DNA of 64,000 nucleotides from Bdellovibrionales bacterium (GTDB lineage Bacteria; Bdellovibrionota; Bdellovibrionia; Bdellovibrionales; CAYMLA01), in the NCBI GenBank assembly GCA_965217115.1, contig OZ244239.1:2106532-2170531 (forward strand), written 5' to 3'. A program made the position numbers and the translations under genes. Below the pieces are notes generated by a model that made no database searches, was not told the DNA's origin, and worked only from the letters and a program-made list of their open reading frames with translations. Position 1 is the first letter of the stretch; each line of letters begins with the position of its first letter. Positions 1-10,240 of the stretch are shown here, piece by piece.

Positions 1-316
1 CGTGCATTTCGAGTAAAGAGTCTTCTATGGATGCCAAGCACTCCCCAATGTCAAGACCACTTGTTGGTTGTAGAATTTTATTAAAATTTTGCCAAAGCCC
101 GTTCTGTAGGCCAGCCTCTTCAGCAATAGCCCAGTAGGGGGTGAGTTTAAAATCCTGTACTTGGGATGAAATTTTGAGGATAACTTCCTCAATGGCTTTT
201 ATAGATTGAATGTAAAACTCATTAATGGCCTCTGGGCCTAAGCTTCGTATTAAATCTAATTTTATAGGTGATAGACCAGGTGTTTTAACAAAAATAGCGA
301 GGGCGATGTTTTTCAT
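1..316 (-). CDS. DUF2064 / TIGR04282-like glycosyltransferase-fold protein, 5' part (runs off window)
   Basis: Manual translation from ATG at 316: MKNIALAIFVKTPGLSPIK...PYWAIAEE..., open to the window edge. The AIFVKTPG and PYWA motifs are typical of this family. Not in the ORF track. Confidence 0.65.
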   Translation of the reverse strand, partial: MKNIALAIFVKTPGLSPIKLDLIRSLGPEAINEFYIQSIKAIEEVILKISSQVQDFKLTPYWAIAEEAGLQNGLWQNFNKILQPTSGLDIGECLASIEDSLLEMH

Positions 317-350
317 AGTGTCTGTCCTTTTATTGGTTTTGGAGATCTCT

Positions 351-2708
351 TTAGTGAAGCTCTGCCCATGTCACTCCTGAAGAAGTGTCTTTTGAATCAG
401 TTTCTGTCTTCTTAGCAGATGAAGACCATTTTTGTACATAGAGACTTCGTGATAAATAGGAGCGGATCGCTTTCTTTAAAGAATCAGTGCCATGGCCGTG
501 TATGATTTTAACACGGTCTTCCTGTTGCAGGGTTGCTTTGTCTAATTGTATCTCTAGAGTTTCCAGGGCCCCATCAACTGTGAGTCCTCTCAGGTCTACA
601 GTGCGAAATCCTCCGGACGTATCATACTGATGTCCACGGAGAGTTTTTGCCGTGGGGTTCTGTGTTGATTTTGGAGGTAATAACTCATGCCATGGCAGTA
701 TAAGACGTAGAGAGTTGGCCAGAACAGGGACTAAGCCTTTTTGATTGGGCGTTCCCTGAACAATCCCATTTTGTTTGAGATGGGAAACAAAGACATTAGA
801 CCCAGGGGGAAATTTATCTGCAAAAGCTTCGGGAGAGTCTACGACATTAGATGAAGAATCTCTGTTGTTACCTGCGGAGCGGATAATCTGAGGGAATTCT
901 TTTTTTATTTGTGAGAGGGTTTCGTGTTTACGGAAAATTTGTTCAACTTTTGTATTGCTTATCATATGGTCAAGTGTTCTCTCTGCCTTCTTGACAGATT
1001 TTTCTAGGTGTTGTTGTTTTTCCTTTTCAAACCCGTGTAATAAACTCTCGTAGTGACTTTTTAGTTTATTAACTTCCTTTCGTTCTTGGTTGAGAGAGTT
1101 TCTCATAGCCAGAATATCTCTTCTGAGGGTTTCTATATCCTCCATGCTCTCTAAATGTTTTTGAGATTCTGGAGACAAGAAGTCAATGGCCTGTTTGATG
1201 ATGGCTGTATTTATGCCGATTCTCTTTGCTGTCTGTATGGCTAAGGATTCACCTGCAATGCCTGGAAGAAATTGATAGGTAGGAATATCTTTTGCCTTGT
1301 CGTATTCCAAGCTGCCGTTGATAACTTTTGAGGATTCTGACCAGCCGACTTTAAGTGGGCCTAAATGACTTGTGATAACACCGTAGACTTTGTTGTCAGC
1401 GTAGGCATTGATAAAACTTCGAGCGATGGCACTGCCTTCCTCGGGATCTGTTGAGCCACAGATTTCATCGATAAGAACCAATGATCGGGGTCCTTTGTAT
1501 TTTAGATTTTCATTTAATATTTTTAAATGGGCGGCGAATGTGCTCAAATGCTCATCCACACTCTGGGCATCTCCAACGGCAACGGTGATGTGTTCAAAGA
1601 AAGGAACGAGGGAATCCTTTTCGGCACAGATGGGTAGACCACATCGTGCCATGTGTGCAGTTAAACCGATGGCTTTGAGAAGAATTGTCTTTCCCCCTGC
1701 ATTGGGTCCAGAGAGGAGTAATATTTGTTTCTCCCTGTCGAGAGACACATCATTGGCAACAATGGATGTTGAATGGTTGGATAGGTTTTGTGTCTCAAAA
1801 ACAAGCAGAGGGTGACGAACTGAATTAAGCTCTAATTTATCTTCAGAAAAACGACAGGGGTTTGCCCCAATGAGTTGTGTGAAACGGGCAAGGGAGAGAA
1901 TGATATCGACCTCTACCATAAGCCCATAGGATTGTTGAAACTGTTCAAGCAGGGATCTGAGATAAAGGCTGAGTTTTCTAAGGAGTCGCTCTATTTCATC
2001 TTCAATATCGATTTCAATCTGTCGAATGCGATTGTTGATGGGGATAATTTGTTGGGGTTCCATAAAGACAGTTTGTTTCGAATTACTAGATGCGTGAATG
2101 ACGCCTTCTATCTCGTGTTGCATTCCTCCTTTGATAGGCAGAACCCAGCGACCCTCTCGGGTTGTTACGTACTTATCTTGTAGAATAGGTTCCATGCCGT
2201 GATCTTTTGTCAGGTGATCCAAGGTTTTACTGATCTCGCGCGCGAGGGACCTTTTCTCTTTAATGAGTTGGCTGAGTTTCTCACTGGCGTCAGTGCGAAT
2301 CTCTCCAGAGGGTGTCATGATGGAGTCAATTTTTTCTAAAGGGGCAGAGGCATCTAGGAGTTCTTCCTGTAAGAACTCAATCCACTCTCTGGAGCTGTTT
2401 TCGATGAACTCTTTGAGTGTTAGAGCTTCTTGGCAAAACCAGCGCACATCTTTTATTTCGAGAATCTTGAGGACGGCCTCTTTTTTGAGTCGAGAGGCCC
2501 AGGGGTTAAAAAAATCTAAGCTCTCCATAAAAGGCCTAGGCCCTTGGTGTAGGAGAGAGCAAGCATCGTCAATTTTTTGAAAACTCCGACAGGCCTCTCG
2601 ACTTGATGGAAGGGGAGCAAGGAGGGAAATTTTTTCTTTTGCAACATCGCTCGTGGCAAGAGGTTGAATTTTTCTAATGACGTCAGTCCAATCAATATGA
2701 CTTAGCAT
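351..2708 (-). CDS. mutS2: Endonuclease MutS2 (ATPase + C-terminal Smr domain)
   Basis: 785 aa; Walker A GPNAGGKT, LSTFAAHL, LIDEICGSTDPEEG; Smr motifs VDLRG and IIHGHGT. Confidence 0.95.
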   Translation of the reverse strand: MLSHIDWTDVIRKIQPLATSDVAKEKISLLAPLPSSREACRSFQKIDDACSLLHQGPRPFMESLDFFNPWASRLKKEAVLKILEIKDVRWFCQEALTLKEFIENSSREWIEFLQEELLDASAPLEKIDSIMTPSGEIRTDASEKLSQLIKEKRSLAREISKTLDHLTKDHGMEPILQDKYVTTREGRWVLPIKGGMQHEIEGVIHASSNSKQTVFMEPQQIIPINNRIRQIEIDIEDEIERLLRKLSLYLRSLLEQFQQSYGLMVEVDIILSLARFTQLIGANPCRFSEDKLELNSVRHPLLVFETQNLSNHSTSIVANDVSLDREKQILLLSGPNAGGKTILLKAIGLTAHMARCGLPICAEKDSLVPFFEHITVAVGDAQSVDEHLSTFAAHLKILNENLKYKGPRSLVLIDEICGSTDPEEGSAIARSFINAYADNKVYGVITSHLGPLKVGWSESSKVINGSLEYDKAKDIPTYQFLPGIAGESLAIQTAKRIGINTAIIKQAIDFLSPESQKHLESMEDIETLRRDILAMRNSLNQERKEVNKLKSHYESLLHGFEKEKQQHLEKSVKKAERTLDHMISNTKVEQIFRKHETLSQIKKEFPQIIRSAGNNRDSSSNVVDSPEAFADKFPPGSNVFVSHLKQNGIVQGTPNQKGLVPVLANSLRLILPWHELLPPKSTQNPTAKTLRGHQYDTSGGFRTVDLRGLTVDGALETLEIQLDKATLQQEDRVKIIHGHGTDSLKKAIRSYLSRSLYVQKWSSSAKKTETDSKDTSSGVTWAELH

Positions 2709-4336
2709 GATGGGTCTCTGTATTTTTTTAAGGCTAGAAATGCGAGGAGAGAAAACAACAGAACCCAGGGGAGTCGATAACCATATTTTTGGTAAAAAGT
2801 AATGGGAGCGGGTGTAATATAGGGGATTTCAAAAAATCCCATCCACTCTTCTCCGATGGGGGAAGATTGGAGAATGGTTCCATCGGCGAGTATTGCGCCC
2901 GAAATTCCAGTGTTGGTATTACGAATAAGGGGACGACGGAACTCTATAGCCCGAGCCATAGTCATGTAACTGTTCTGATAGGGTTCAAAAGTTTGACCAA
3001 GCCAAGAGTCATTGGCGTGGTTGATAAAAATCTCAGCCCCCTTGTCGGCAAATTTTTTCATGTATAACGGGAAGAGGCTTTCATAACAAATACTGGGTCC
3101 TATTTTGATGTTATCACTGGTCACAAATGTTTTTGCACCAATGCCTTTGCCAAATGGAGATGAGAATGGAAGTAAATAATAAAGGAAAGGAAAAATATCT
3201 CCAAAAGGGGCGTACTCTCCCCAAGGCAAGAGGATGTGTTTGCGATAGGGGGTCGAAATCAATTCACCATTCTTATCTAGGTAGAAGAGTCCATTGGATG
3301 TTTTTTTCTCTCCTTCTTCATTGGGGAGCAAATCTTTAGAATAGGCTCCAGTGAGTAGGGGGATTTGTATTTGTTTTACGAAGAGTTTCAACTGTGAGGG
3401 AAGCCTGCGCAGGTGGCGGTGCTTATCAAAGGACACTGGGAATGCTGTTTCAGGCCATAGGATCAACTGAGTCTCAGGATGTTTATCGATCCCCTCCCTG
3501 GTCATCGTCATAAATTTATTAACAATGTATGAGCGAAACTCCTCTCCTTCTTGGGCATAGACCTTCATGAGATTACCAATGTTCGCTTGGACCTGTAGAA
3601 TATTTAATTGGGTTTTTTGAGATTGATTTTTCCGTGACCAAGTCAGTTGTTTTTGATAACCCCAAAATTGGAAGGTCAGAAATAATAGAGATGCTGTGGC
3701 GATGGCAGTGATCATGTGTCGACGTGCCTTTGGTTTTTTCTCTAAGGGTGTTCTGCTCTGCCAATAGGCGTAGGCGATCAATGCATTGATGATATAAGTG
3801 ACAAGGCTTAATCCTTGGAAGCCTATGGTGTCGGCCATCTGTGCTCCAGGCCATTGCGCCCAGAGCCAGGAGTATCCCAAGTTCCATGGAAAGATGGAAG
3901 GCCAAAAAGTTTCCATGAGAAAATGAATACAGGCGAGACTCAGAAGAGAGGCGAGGGGTCCTAAGTTAAAATATTTTTTAACTCGCCACCAAATGACAGC
4001 AGAGAGGGGGATATAAAGATGTATGAACATGGCAAATAAGATAAGGACAGGGATTGCAAGTATCCATGGCAGATATCCAAACTCGTGGGCGGTGCCGGCC
4101 ACCCAATGAAAACCTATCAGAGTGAATAGAAACTGGGCGAACCAACTCGTGAGAAAAACTTGCTTGATTGTTAGAGTACAGGGTTTGTCCTCTGAACATT
4201 TAAAAAGAAAAAACCATAGAAACGAAAACCCAAAAAAGATAGCCCAAGGTGGGAATGGGATATAGCTGGTACCAATGAGAAGCCCAGTTAATAGAGGGGC
4301 TTGATATTTTTTTAAATGGGACAGACAATCTTTCAT
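2702..4336 (-). CDS. lnt: Apolipoprotein N-acyltransferase
   Basis: Multi-TM N-terminus with FPWNLG; nitrilase triad motifs WPET, YRKHILLPWGEY, ICYES; NDSW. Confidence 0.93.
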   Translation of the reverse strand: MKDCLSHLKKYQAPLLTGLLIGTSYIPFPPWAIFFGFSFLWFFLFKCSEDKPCTLTIKQVFLTSWFAQFLFTLIGFHWVAGTAHEFGYLPWILAIPVLILFAMFIHLYIPLSAVIWWRVKKYFNLGPLASLLSLACIHFLMETFWPSIFPWNLGYSWLWAQWPGAQMADTIGFQGLSLVTYIINALIAYAYWQSRTPLEKKPKARRHMITAIATASLLFLTFQFWGYQKQLTWSRKNQSQKTQLNILQVQANIGNLMKVYAQEGEEFRSYIVNKFMTMTREGIDKHPETQLILWPETAFPVSFDKHRHLRRLPSQLKLFVKQIQIPLLTGAYSKDLLPNEEGEKKTSNGLFYLDKNGELISTPYRKHILLPWGEYAPFGDIFPFLYYLLPFSSPFGKGIGAKTFVTSDNIKIGPSICYESLFPLYMKKFADKGAEIFINHANDSWLGQTFEPYQNSYMTMARAIEFRRPLIRNTNTGISGAILADGTILQSSPIGEEWMGFFEIPYITPAPITFYQKYGYRLPWVLLFSLLAFLALKKYRDPSC

Positions 4337-4761
4337 AGGGGGATTTAAGCATAGAATTTTTGGAGGGCCAACTTGGATTTTCTAGACATGGAATGGCCTC
4401 TACAGGGCTGGCGACGGAATTAATAACTAAAACTTTAAAGTGCAACGATCTGTCATTTGAGAACTCACAGGAGCGGTCTGGCGCGTTTTTATGGGCAGAA
4501 GACGGTGGGAGTGGGTTTGCCAAGGCCCCCCCTTAAAGGCAGAATTGCTGAAAAATTAAGCACAAAAAATAAGCTGAAAAAGAGGTGAAAGCCTCTAAAT
4601 CCTCCCCTCTAGAGGAACCCCGTGGAGGGAAGTTCAATAAATCAGCCCCTGTTCTTGAGGGTGTGTTTTTCGACGAGTTTTGTGATGACTGGAGATTGGA
4701 GTGTCGGTTGGAGTGTCGAGACTGTTGAGGCTCGTCATTTTGTGGGCGCATAGGATCGGCA

Positions 4762-6159
4762 TTATTTTTCAGCAGAAGGTAGAGCTTTTAGGAGTTCCTG
4801 TCCAAAGCTCGAGGCGTTTGCCGTGGAGGAATTTGTCTTTTTCACAGCACTGCTGCCGTCGGAGGCAAATTTACCTTGCTCCATTGATTGTGTGTTAGAA
4901 GCGATGATTCCATTTCGGGAAACCCCTTTATCCAGTGTGACAAGGGCTTTGAATAAATTGAGTTTTCTTGATGTTCCTGTTTTGGCAAGGAGTTCTTTGC
5001 TGCGATCTCCCGTTTGGAGAAGGTACTTACTCACTTCAGCGCTGGAGAAATGGGGAAAACGTGACATCACTAAGACAGCTCCACCGGCGACAAAACTGGT
5101 TGCTTGGGATGTGCCTGTCATATATCCGTATTGACTGTTGGGGAGGGTGGATAAAATATTCTCTCCAGGGGCAGCAATATCAACAGTTTCAATACCGTAG
5201 TTGCTGGATTTTAAAACTTTGAGACTTGGGTTGAGAGCTGTGACAGAAATAATATTATCCAAGGAATAATCGGCAGGGTAGTATTTGTGAAGATCAGAGT
5301 TGGATTTTTCATTACCAGCGGCAGCGACAAAGAGAATGCCTTCTTTTCGTGCGGTTTCTATAGCGTTAAATTCAGCCGCACTGTACTCTAGGCCGCCACC
5401 AGAGTAATTGATGATACGGATTCTCTCTTTATGTCCCTGTGCTTTTAGGATGCGCGACATTTTGATGATGTAGTTAATAGCACTAATCGTATTTGAGAGA
5501 TTGTCTGTTTGTGGGAATCTTGGGTCGTAGTATTTGAGGGTCATGATCTTTACCTTTGGAGAGACTCCGCTAACCCCTTTGCCATTTCCACCTTGCGCGC
5601 CAATGATTCCTGAAATATGAGTTCCATGTCCATGGGTGTCTTTGAGATTATTATTGTTACTGACAAAATTCCAGCCGTGAAGGTCATCAATGTAACCATT
5701 CCCATCATCATCAATACCATTTGTTGATTTGTTACGGCCTTTTCGATCTAAGCCTGATTCTCCGGGGTTTCTCCAAAGGTTTTTCTTTAAATCTTCGTGA
5801 TTGATATCAATGCCCGTGTCTATGACGGCGACAATGATTTTGTCATTTCCTTGGGAGACAGACCAAGCTCGTTTAACATCAGATTTTTGCAATCCCCATT
5901 TCTCTGACATAGCAGGGTCTGAGAGGAGAACACTGGTTTCAATGAGTCCTTTCTGGGAAATGACTTTACTACTACCCAAGGACTGCTTGCGGAGTAATCT
6001 CTGTTTGAGACTTGTCTTTTTTAGAGAGGCAAGGGGGCTGGAGAATGAGCGTGAAAAGAGAGCTTGGTGTTGGTTGTAGAAGAGTCCGCAAATAATCAGA
6101 GTGCCAATGACCGCTATTGAGATAAAAGGAGACAGCTCTGTTTTCTTTTCCATAGACAC
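4762..6159 (-). CDS. S8 subtilisin-family serine protease with N-terminal TM/signal segment
   Basis: Catalytic motifs VIDTG, HGTH, AAGN, GTSQA; DDDGNGYIDD Ca-binding loop. Confidence 0.93.
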   Translation of the reverse strand: MSMEKKTELSPFISIAVIGTLIICGLFYNQHQALFSRSFSSPLASLKKTSLKQRLLRKQSLGSSKVISQKGLIETSVLLSDPAMSEKWGLQKSDVKRAWSVSQGNDKIIVAVIDTGIDINHEDLKKNLWRNPGESGLDRKGRNKSTNGIDDDGNGYIDDLHGWNFVSNNNNLKDTHGHGTHISGIIGAQGGNGKGVSGVSPKVKIMTLKYYDPRFPQTDNLSNTISAINYIIKMSRILKAQGHKERIRIINYSGGGLEYSAAEFNAIETARKEGILFVAAAGNEKSNSDLHKYYPADYSLDNIISVTALNPSLKVLKSSNYGIETVDIAAPGENILSTLPNSQYGYMTGTSQATSFVAGGAVLVMSRFPHFSSAEVSKYLLQTGDRSKELLAKTGTSRKLNLFKALVTLDKGVSRNGIIASNTQSMEQGKFASDGSSAVKKTNSSTANASSFGQELLKALPSAEK

Positions 6160-6220
6160 TCACTCCAATTTTTTTGTGTTTTGCCATTATTTTTCGCGTT
6201 TGTGCAGACTTCTAATAATA

Positions 6221-6247
6221 AGATCGGATACATGGGCTCTAACCTTA
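6221..6247 (-). promoter_or_regulatory. Putative sigma-28 (FliA) promoter of the S8 protease
   Basis: Minus strand TAAGGTTA-N11-TCCGATCT vs consensus TAAAGTTT-N11-GCCGATAA, about 60 bp upstream of the start. Confidence 0.55.
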
Positions 6248-6476
6248 AATAAAGGGAGGCCAGTGCCAAAAGAAAAAACTTAAACACCTGTAATCACTTG
6301 ATTTTACAGATGGGAAGAGGGGGAGAAATGATTTCCTCCTCAAGGGAGTGTATCGTTTCTATACGATGATGATCTGTTCTCATTTCCCAGCGATGATGTC
6401 CTCCTGTTGATATAAATATTTCCCTAAATTTTTTTAATAATTTAGGGGGTCAACAAGGGAGAAAAACGTCGGGAGT

Positions 6477-7364
6477 TCATTGTCGTTGTAGGCGCTGTAT
6501 GCGAATTTCTAGGGAGGGGTGTGTAGAGAGCAGAGATCCGAGGGCACTCTTTGTCTTCCCAGATATTTTCAAGCTAGCCATAGCCTCGCCTTGATTGGAG
6601 ATAAGTTCTTCTGTTCCAGCCAGTGCTTTTAAAGCGGAGATCATTTTGTTTTTGCCAGCGAGCTTTGCTCCACCGGCGTCGGCACGGAATTCGCGAAGAC
6701 GGGAGAAGTAATTAACAACAAAGGAGCCGAGAATTCCAAAGACAATTTGAAAGAAAATAACCATAGCGATTTCTGTGAAGAACCCAACCTCTTCATCTAG
6801 CTGTGATGTGATAATATTGGTGATGATGCGGGCGAAGAACATAACAAAGGCGTTCACGATTCCTTGTATAAGAGTCATTGTCACCATGTCACCGTTGGCG
6901 ATGTGGGAAATTTCGTGGCCAAGAATGGCCTCCAATTGTTCATCGTCCATTCGTTTGAGGAGTCCTGTTGAGACAGCCACAAGGGAATTCTTTTTGCTAC
7001 GTCCTGTGGCGAAGGCATTGATCTCAGGACTGTCATACACTCCCACCTCTGGCATTTCGGGCAATCCCGCACGGCGGGCTAAGCGATGGGTGGTTTCTAA
7101 AAAATGACGAAACTCAGTGTGGGAATCGTGGGGGTCAATTATTTTTACTCCCATCATCCTCTTGGCCATGAATTTGGACATAAGAAGGGAGATAAAGGCG
7201 CCGCCCATACCCCAGAAAGCGCATAACCACATAAGGTAGGAGTAGTAGGAATCTTGATACATTTGATCGACGGGAATAAAGAGATTAAGTATCTGCCAGG
7301 CAATGGAGATAGTGGCAAGAACGAGGATGTTGGTAATAATAAATAAAGAAATACGCTTAAACAT
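6477..7364 (-). CDS. htpX: Zinc metalloprotease HtpX (M48)
   Basis: NAFATG, HEISH zinc motif, SRLREFRAD, STHP. Confidence 0.95.
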   Translation of the reverse strand: MFKRISLFIITNILVLATISIAWQILNLFIPVDQMYQDSYYSYLMWLCAFWGMGGAFISLLMSKFMAKRMMGVKIIDPHDSHTEFRHFLETTHRLARRAGLPEMPEVGVYDSPEINAFATGRSKKNSLVAVSTGLLKRMDDEQLEAILGHEISHIANGDMVTMTLIQGIVNAFVMFFARIITNIITSQLDEEVGFFTEIAMVIFFQIVFGILGSFVVNYFSRLREFRADAGGAKLAGKNKMISALKALAGTEELISNQGEAMASLKISGKTKSALGSLLSTHPSLEIRIQRLQRQ

Positions 7365-7479
7365 GTCTAAAAACTCCTTGCATGAGTGTTATCCTATTTC
7401 GATAAATTAAATAAAGCCGATAATTTGCCGACCACTATAGAATGTCTGTTATTCTTCCAATGTCAAGAGTGATCGCAGA

Positions 7480-8193
7480 TTATAGAATAGCTAATTCAAA
7501 ATCACAGGACTGTCGTTCTCTCTCTAAATTGATCTCTTTAAGGCTCTTTATCCAGAGGCGATTTTTAGCATCCCAGCTATAACCCTTGGCCTTGGCCTTG
7601 TCTTTTTCCTCAAAGCTGACAATGGCCTTAACAGTTAAATTGGGACTGGCGTTTAATTTTATAATCTCCTTGATGTCATACTGTGAGATGATTTTCAGCA
7701 TCGTGAGAACATCAAAGATAGCTCTGTGGGAGTAGTAATTTAAAAACAGATGTTCTGCTGCGAGGTAACTTAATTTTTTTGAACCGATTCTCTCTGGATA
7801 TGGAACATCGAGCACAGAATCAAGCCATGTTTTCTTAAGAGCCCCCTCGACGACAGGAGTGGATGGGAATTCATTGAGAGCTTTTTCGATGAAGGCCCTA
7901 TCAAAGGGAGCATTGTGGGCGACAATGTAATCAGCTTGCCCCATAAGATTTGTTAGGCGACTTAAAACCTCTTCCTTTGGTTTCGCAAAGTTTTTGAGAT
8001 CAGAATCCTGTATGCCTGTTATCTGAGTGATCTCTTGGGGGACGCTCTGTCCCTTTGGGAGTGCGACTAATTCAGAAAAAATAACCAGAGGTGTCTTACG
8101 ATCCGTATCCCAGAGAACGGCGCCAAGTTCAATGATTTCACAGGTGTTCGCATCTAAGCCAGTGGTTTCTACATCGAGTCCTAATAAGTGCAT
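7480..8193 (-). CDS. DEDDh 3'-5' exonuclease (Pol III epsilon-like) with C-terminal DUF5710-like tail
   Basis: LDVETTG, AHNAPFD, HRAIFD; tail VSFEEKDKAKAKGYSWD...W. Confidence 0.85.
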   Translation of the reverse strand: MHLLGLDVETTGLDANTCEIIELGAVLWDTDRKTPLVIFSELVALPKGQSVPQEITQITGIQDSDLKNFAKPKEEVLSRLTNLMGQADYIVAHNAPFDRAFIEKALNEFPSTPVVEGALKKTWLDSVLDVPYPERIGSKKLSYLAAEHLFLNYYSHRAIFDVLTMLKIISQYDIKEIIKLNASPNLTVKAIVSFEEKDKAKAKGYSWDAKNRLWIKSLKEINLERERQSCDFELAIL

Positions 8194-9932
8194 TTTTTAA
8201 AGTCCTCTTTAAAGGTTCTGATTTTTGCATGGGGAAGTAAGCCAAAGGAGAGCAAGGTGTCGTTAAAACACTTTAGTTTCAGTTTTCCATACTCCTGTGT
8301 AAACTCTTTTTTTAGATTAAAAATTTTCAAGAATCCATGGTAATAGGCCGTCGCTTGACCGGGGCTTCTGAAAGTGTATCTTTGATATTCTAAGCCAGCC
8401 ATCGTTTTAGAAACTCCCAATTCTCTGTTAAAAACAAAGAGAACTTTAGCCTTTCCAGCTTTTCCTAATTGAACCATGGGATCAAGGAAATATCTTGCAA
8501 CTCTCCAGAGGTGCATCTGCAGAGCAATTAATTTTTCTTTATCTGTCAAATAGGGTTGCACCAATCTTTCAGCATAGAGCGCCCAGCCTTCAGTATTTAC
8601 AGAATTTCCTGCATATCGGGCGCGAATCATTGAGATATCCCCGTTTAACATTGCACTGAATTGAAGATCATGTCCAGGTCTTCCCTCATGGGCTGTCAAG
8701 ATAATCGCCGCACTTTTATAACTGAAATCATCAAAAGGAGGTTTTCCTGAAGGGGCTGTGGGAACAACAAATTCCGGCAGAACACCATTATTGTTAATAA
8801 AAGGCGGGGCATTCATATGTGGTATAGGGGCGGCCTTGCTCTCTGCTTCTCCAGCCAATCGTATTTTTAATTTCTTAGATGGGAGCGACACTAATTTATG
8901 GGTTTTAATAATCTTTTTTAACCTATCAGCTGCAGAGTGATAAAGCTGGCTCACATCATTGGCGCTTGTAACCTGTTCTAATTTTAAAAACTTAATCACT
9001 CCAAGGGGAGTGTCGTCCTTTAAATTATGTTTTTTAGCTATTTTCTTTGCAAGACGAGAGAAGGGTTCATAGAGTTTTCTGTATTCTTTTTGACCAGCTA
9101 AAATCATCTCTTCTGGATCGGTATCTACTCCATACCTTTTTAATATGAGCTTATAAATATTAAGTGGGTAGGCGGGGTCTTTTCTAGTGAGGGGGAGTAT
9201 TTCTTCTTTCAAGAAACGATCATAAAGGACAACTTCAGAGCGAAATAGGCGATACTCTTTTTTCCAATCAGAGCGGCCAGTTTTTTCCAATAATTCCCGA
9301 ACTCCTTTTATGTAGCTCTTCGAGTTAGAGAGATACTTTTTTATGCCATCCACATGGGGATAGAGCTTTTTTTGAAGCTTGTATTTTTTTTGATGCCTCT
9401 TTATCTCAGACCAATAGGCTCGCACAATGTTTTTCTTTCCATGACTATTGCTAGACATGTAATATTTAAATCTAGAGACGGCATCTCTTTTTCTCTTACT
9501 CGAAGATTGATCGTTCACTAATTGGAAGAGACTCTGGTAGACAGATCTACTCACTGCCGGGATTGAAATATGCCCGGCGCTTTGAAAAACTTTTAGCGAT
9601 CTTAGATCTAGCTTAACCTCCTCCAAGAGAAGGAGAAAATCCATTTTCAGGTTTTTGTCTCTAGTCCCTTGAACTTTCTTCTCTAAGAGTTTTTTCCATT
9701 TTTTTAAGAGTGCGAGTTCAGCGTCTTCCAGCGCCTTAGATGGATGTATCCCCCTCGTATCAAATTCTTGATAACCCATGTAAGACCCCAGCTCTGGAGT
9801 TAATTCTGAAAAGTCCTTCGTGAATTTTTCGGCTAGGCGATCGGACTTCGTTATCCAAGAATCCCCGGCTTGAGTGGAATAACCAGCCAAGACAAGGAGC
9901 ATAAAAGGGAGGAGGGAGTATTTAATTTTCAC
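8181..9932 (-). CDS. DUF885 family secreted protein (putative metallopeptidase)
   Basis: Signal peptide; AHEGRPGHDLQ, EGWALYAE and PGQATAY motifs. Confidence 0.88.
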   Translation of the reverse strand: MKIKYSLLPFMLLVLAGYSTQAGDSWITKSDRLAEKFTKDFSELTPELGSYMGYQEFDTRGIHPSKALEDAELALLKKWKKLLEKKVQGTRDKNLKMDFLLLLEEVKLDLRSLKVFQSAGHISIPAVSRSVYQSLFQLVNDQSSSKRKRDAVSRFKYYMSSNSHGKKNIVRAYWSEIKRHQKKYKLQKKLYPHVDGIKKYLSNSKSYIKGVRELLEKTGRSDWKKEYRLFRSEVVLYDRFLKEEILPLTRKDPAYPLNIYKLILKRYGVDTDPEEMILAGQKEYRKLYEPFSRLAKKIAKKHNLKDDTPLGVIKFLKLEQVTSANDVSQLYHSAADRLKKIIKTHKLVSLPSKKLKIRLAGEAESKAAPIPHMNAPPFINNNGVLPEFVVPTAPSGKPPFDDFSYKSAAIILTAHEGRPGHDLQFSAMLNGDISMIRARYAGNSVNTEGWALYAERLVQPYLTDKEKLIALQMHLWRVARYFLDPMVQLGKAGKAKVLFVFNRELGVSKTMAGLEYQRYTFRSPGQATAYYHGFLKIFNLKKEFTQEYGKLKLKCFNDTLLSFGLLPHAKIRTFKEDFKKCTY

Positions 9933-10240
9933 TAGAGAAGCTCCTTAGGTGTTTGCCCACTGATTTAGCACATCGGGCTTTTGTATCAGCCCCAGTGAGG
10001 TCAAAAATTTAACTTCTTATAGGGTATAAGTTATTTTTAGTCCACAAGGATTCCAAGTTTTACTGTCAAACGGCTTCACGGCAGGAAGCTATCCATAGGG
10101 AAAATTATTCAGGGTTTGCGGGGCTTTTGGACGTAGAGTGTCATTTGCCGTGGGCTAAACATCCTAAGAGTTCTTTAAGATGCCGCTTGATGGTGTTTGA
10201 TTTTTTTCTCGGTGGCACGGAATATGTAGTTTCAGGGGGG

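Noticed and set aside
4340..4760. ncRNA or small ORFs in the lnt-S8 gap (ttggagtgtcg x2, short hairpins)
   Set aside because: No recognisable RNA family signature; ORFs 4200-4523 and 4533-4751 lack support.
7416..7423. Perfect sigma-28 -10 box GCCGATAA
   Set aside because: Points away from htpX into antisense of the exonuclease gene and has no matching -35.
10213..10227. Sigma-54-like TGGCACG-N4-ATGT before 10241
   Set aside because: The -12 GC is missing, and the implied TSS would leave no room for the RBS.
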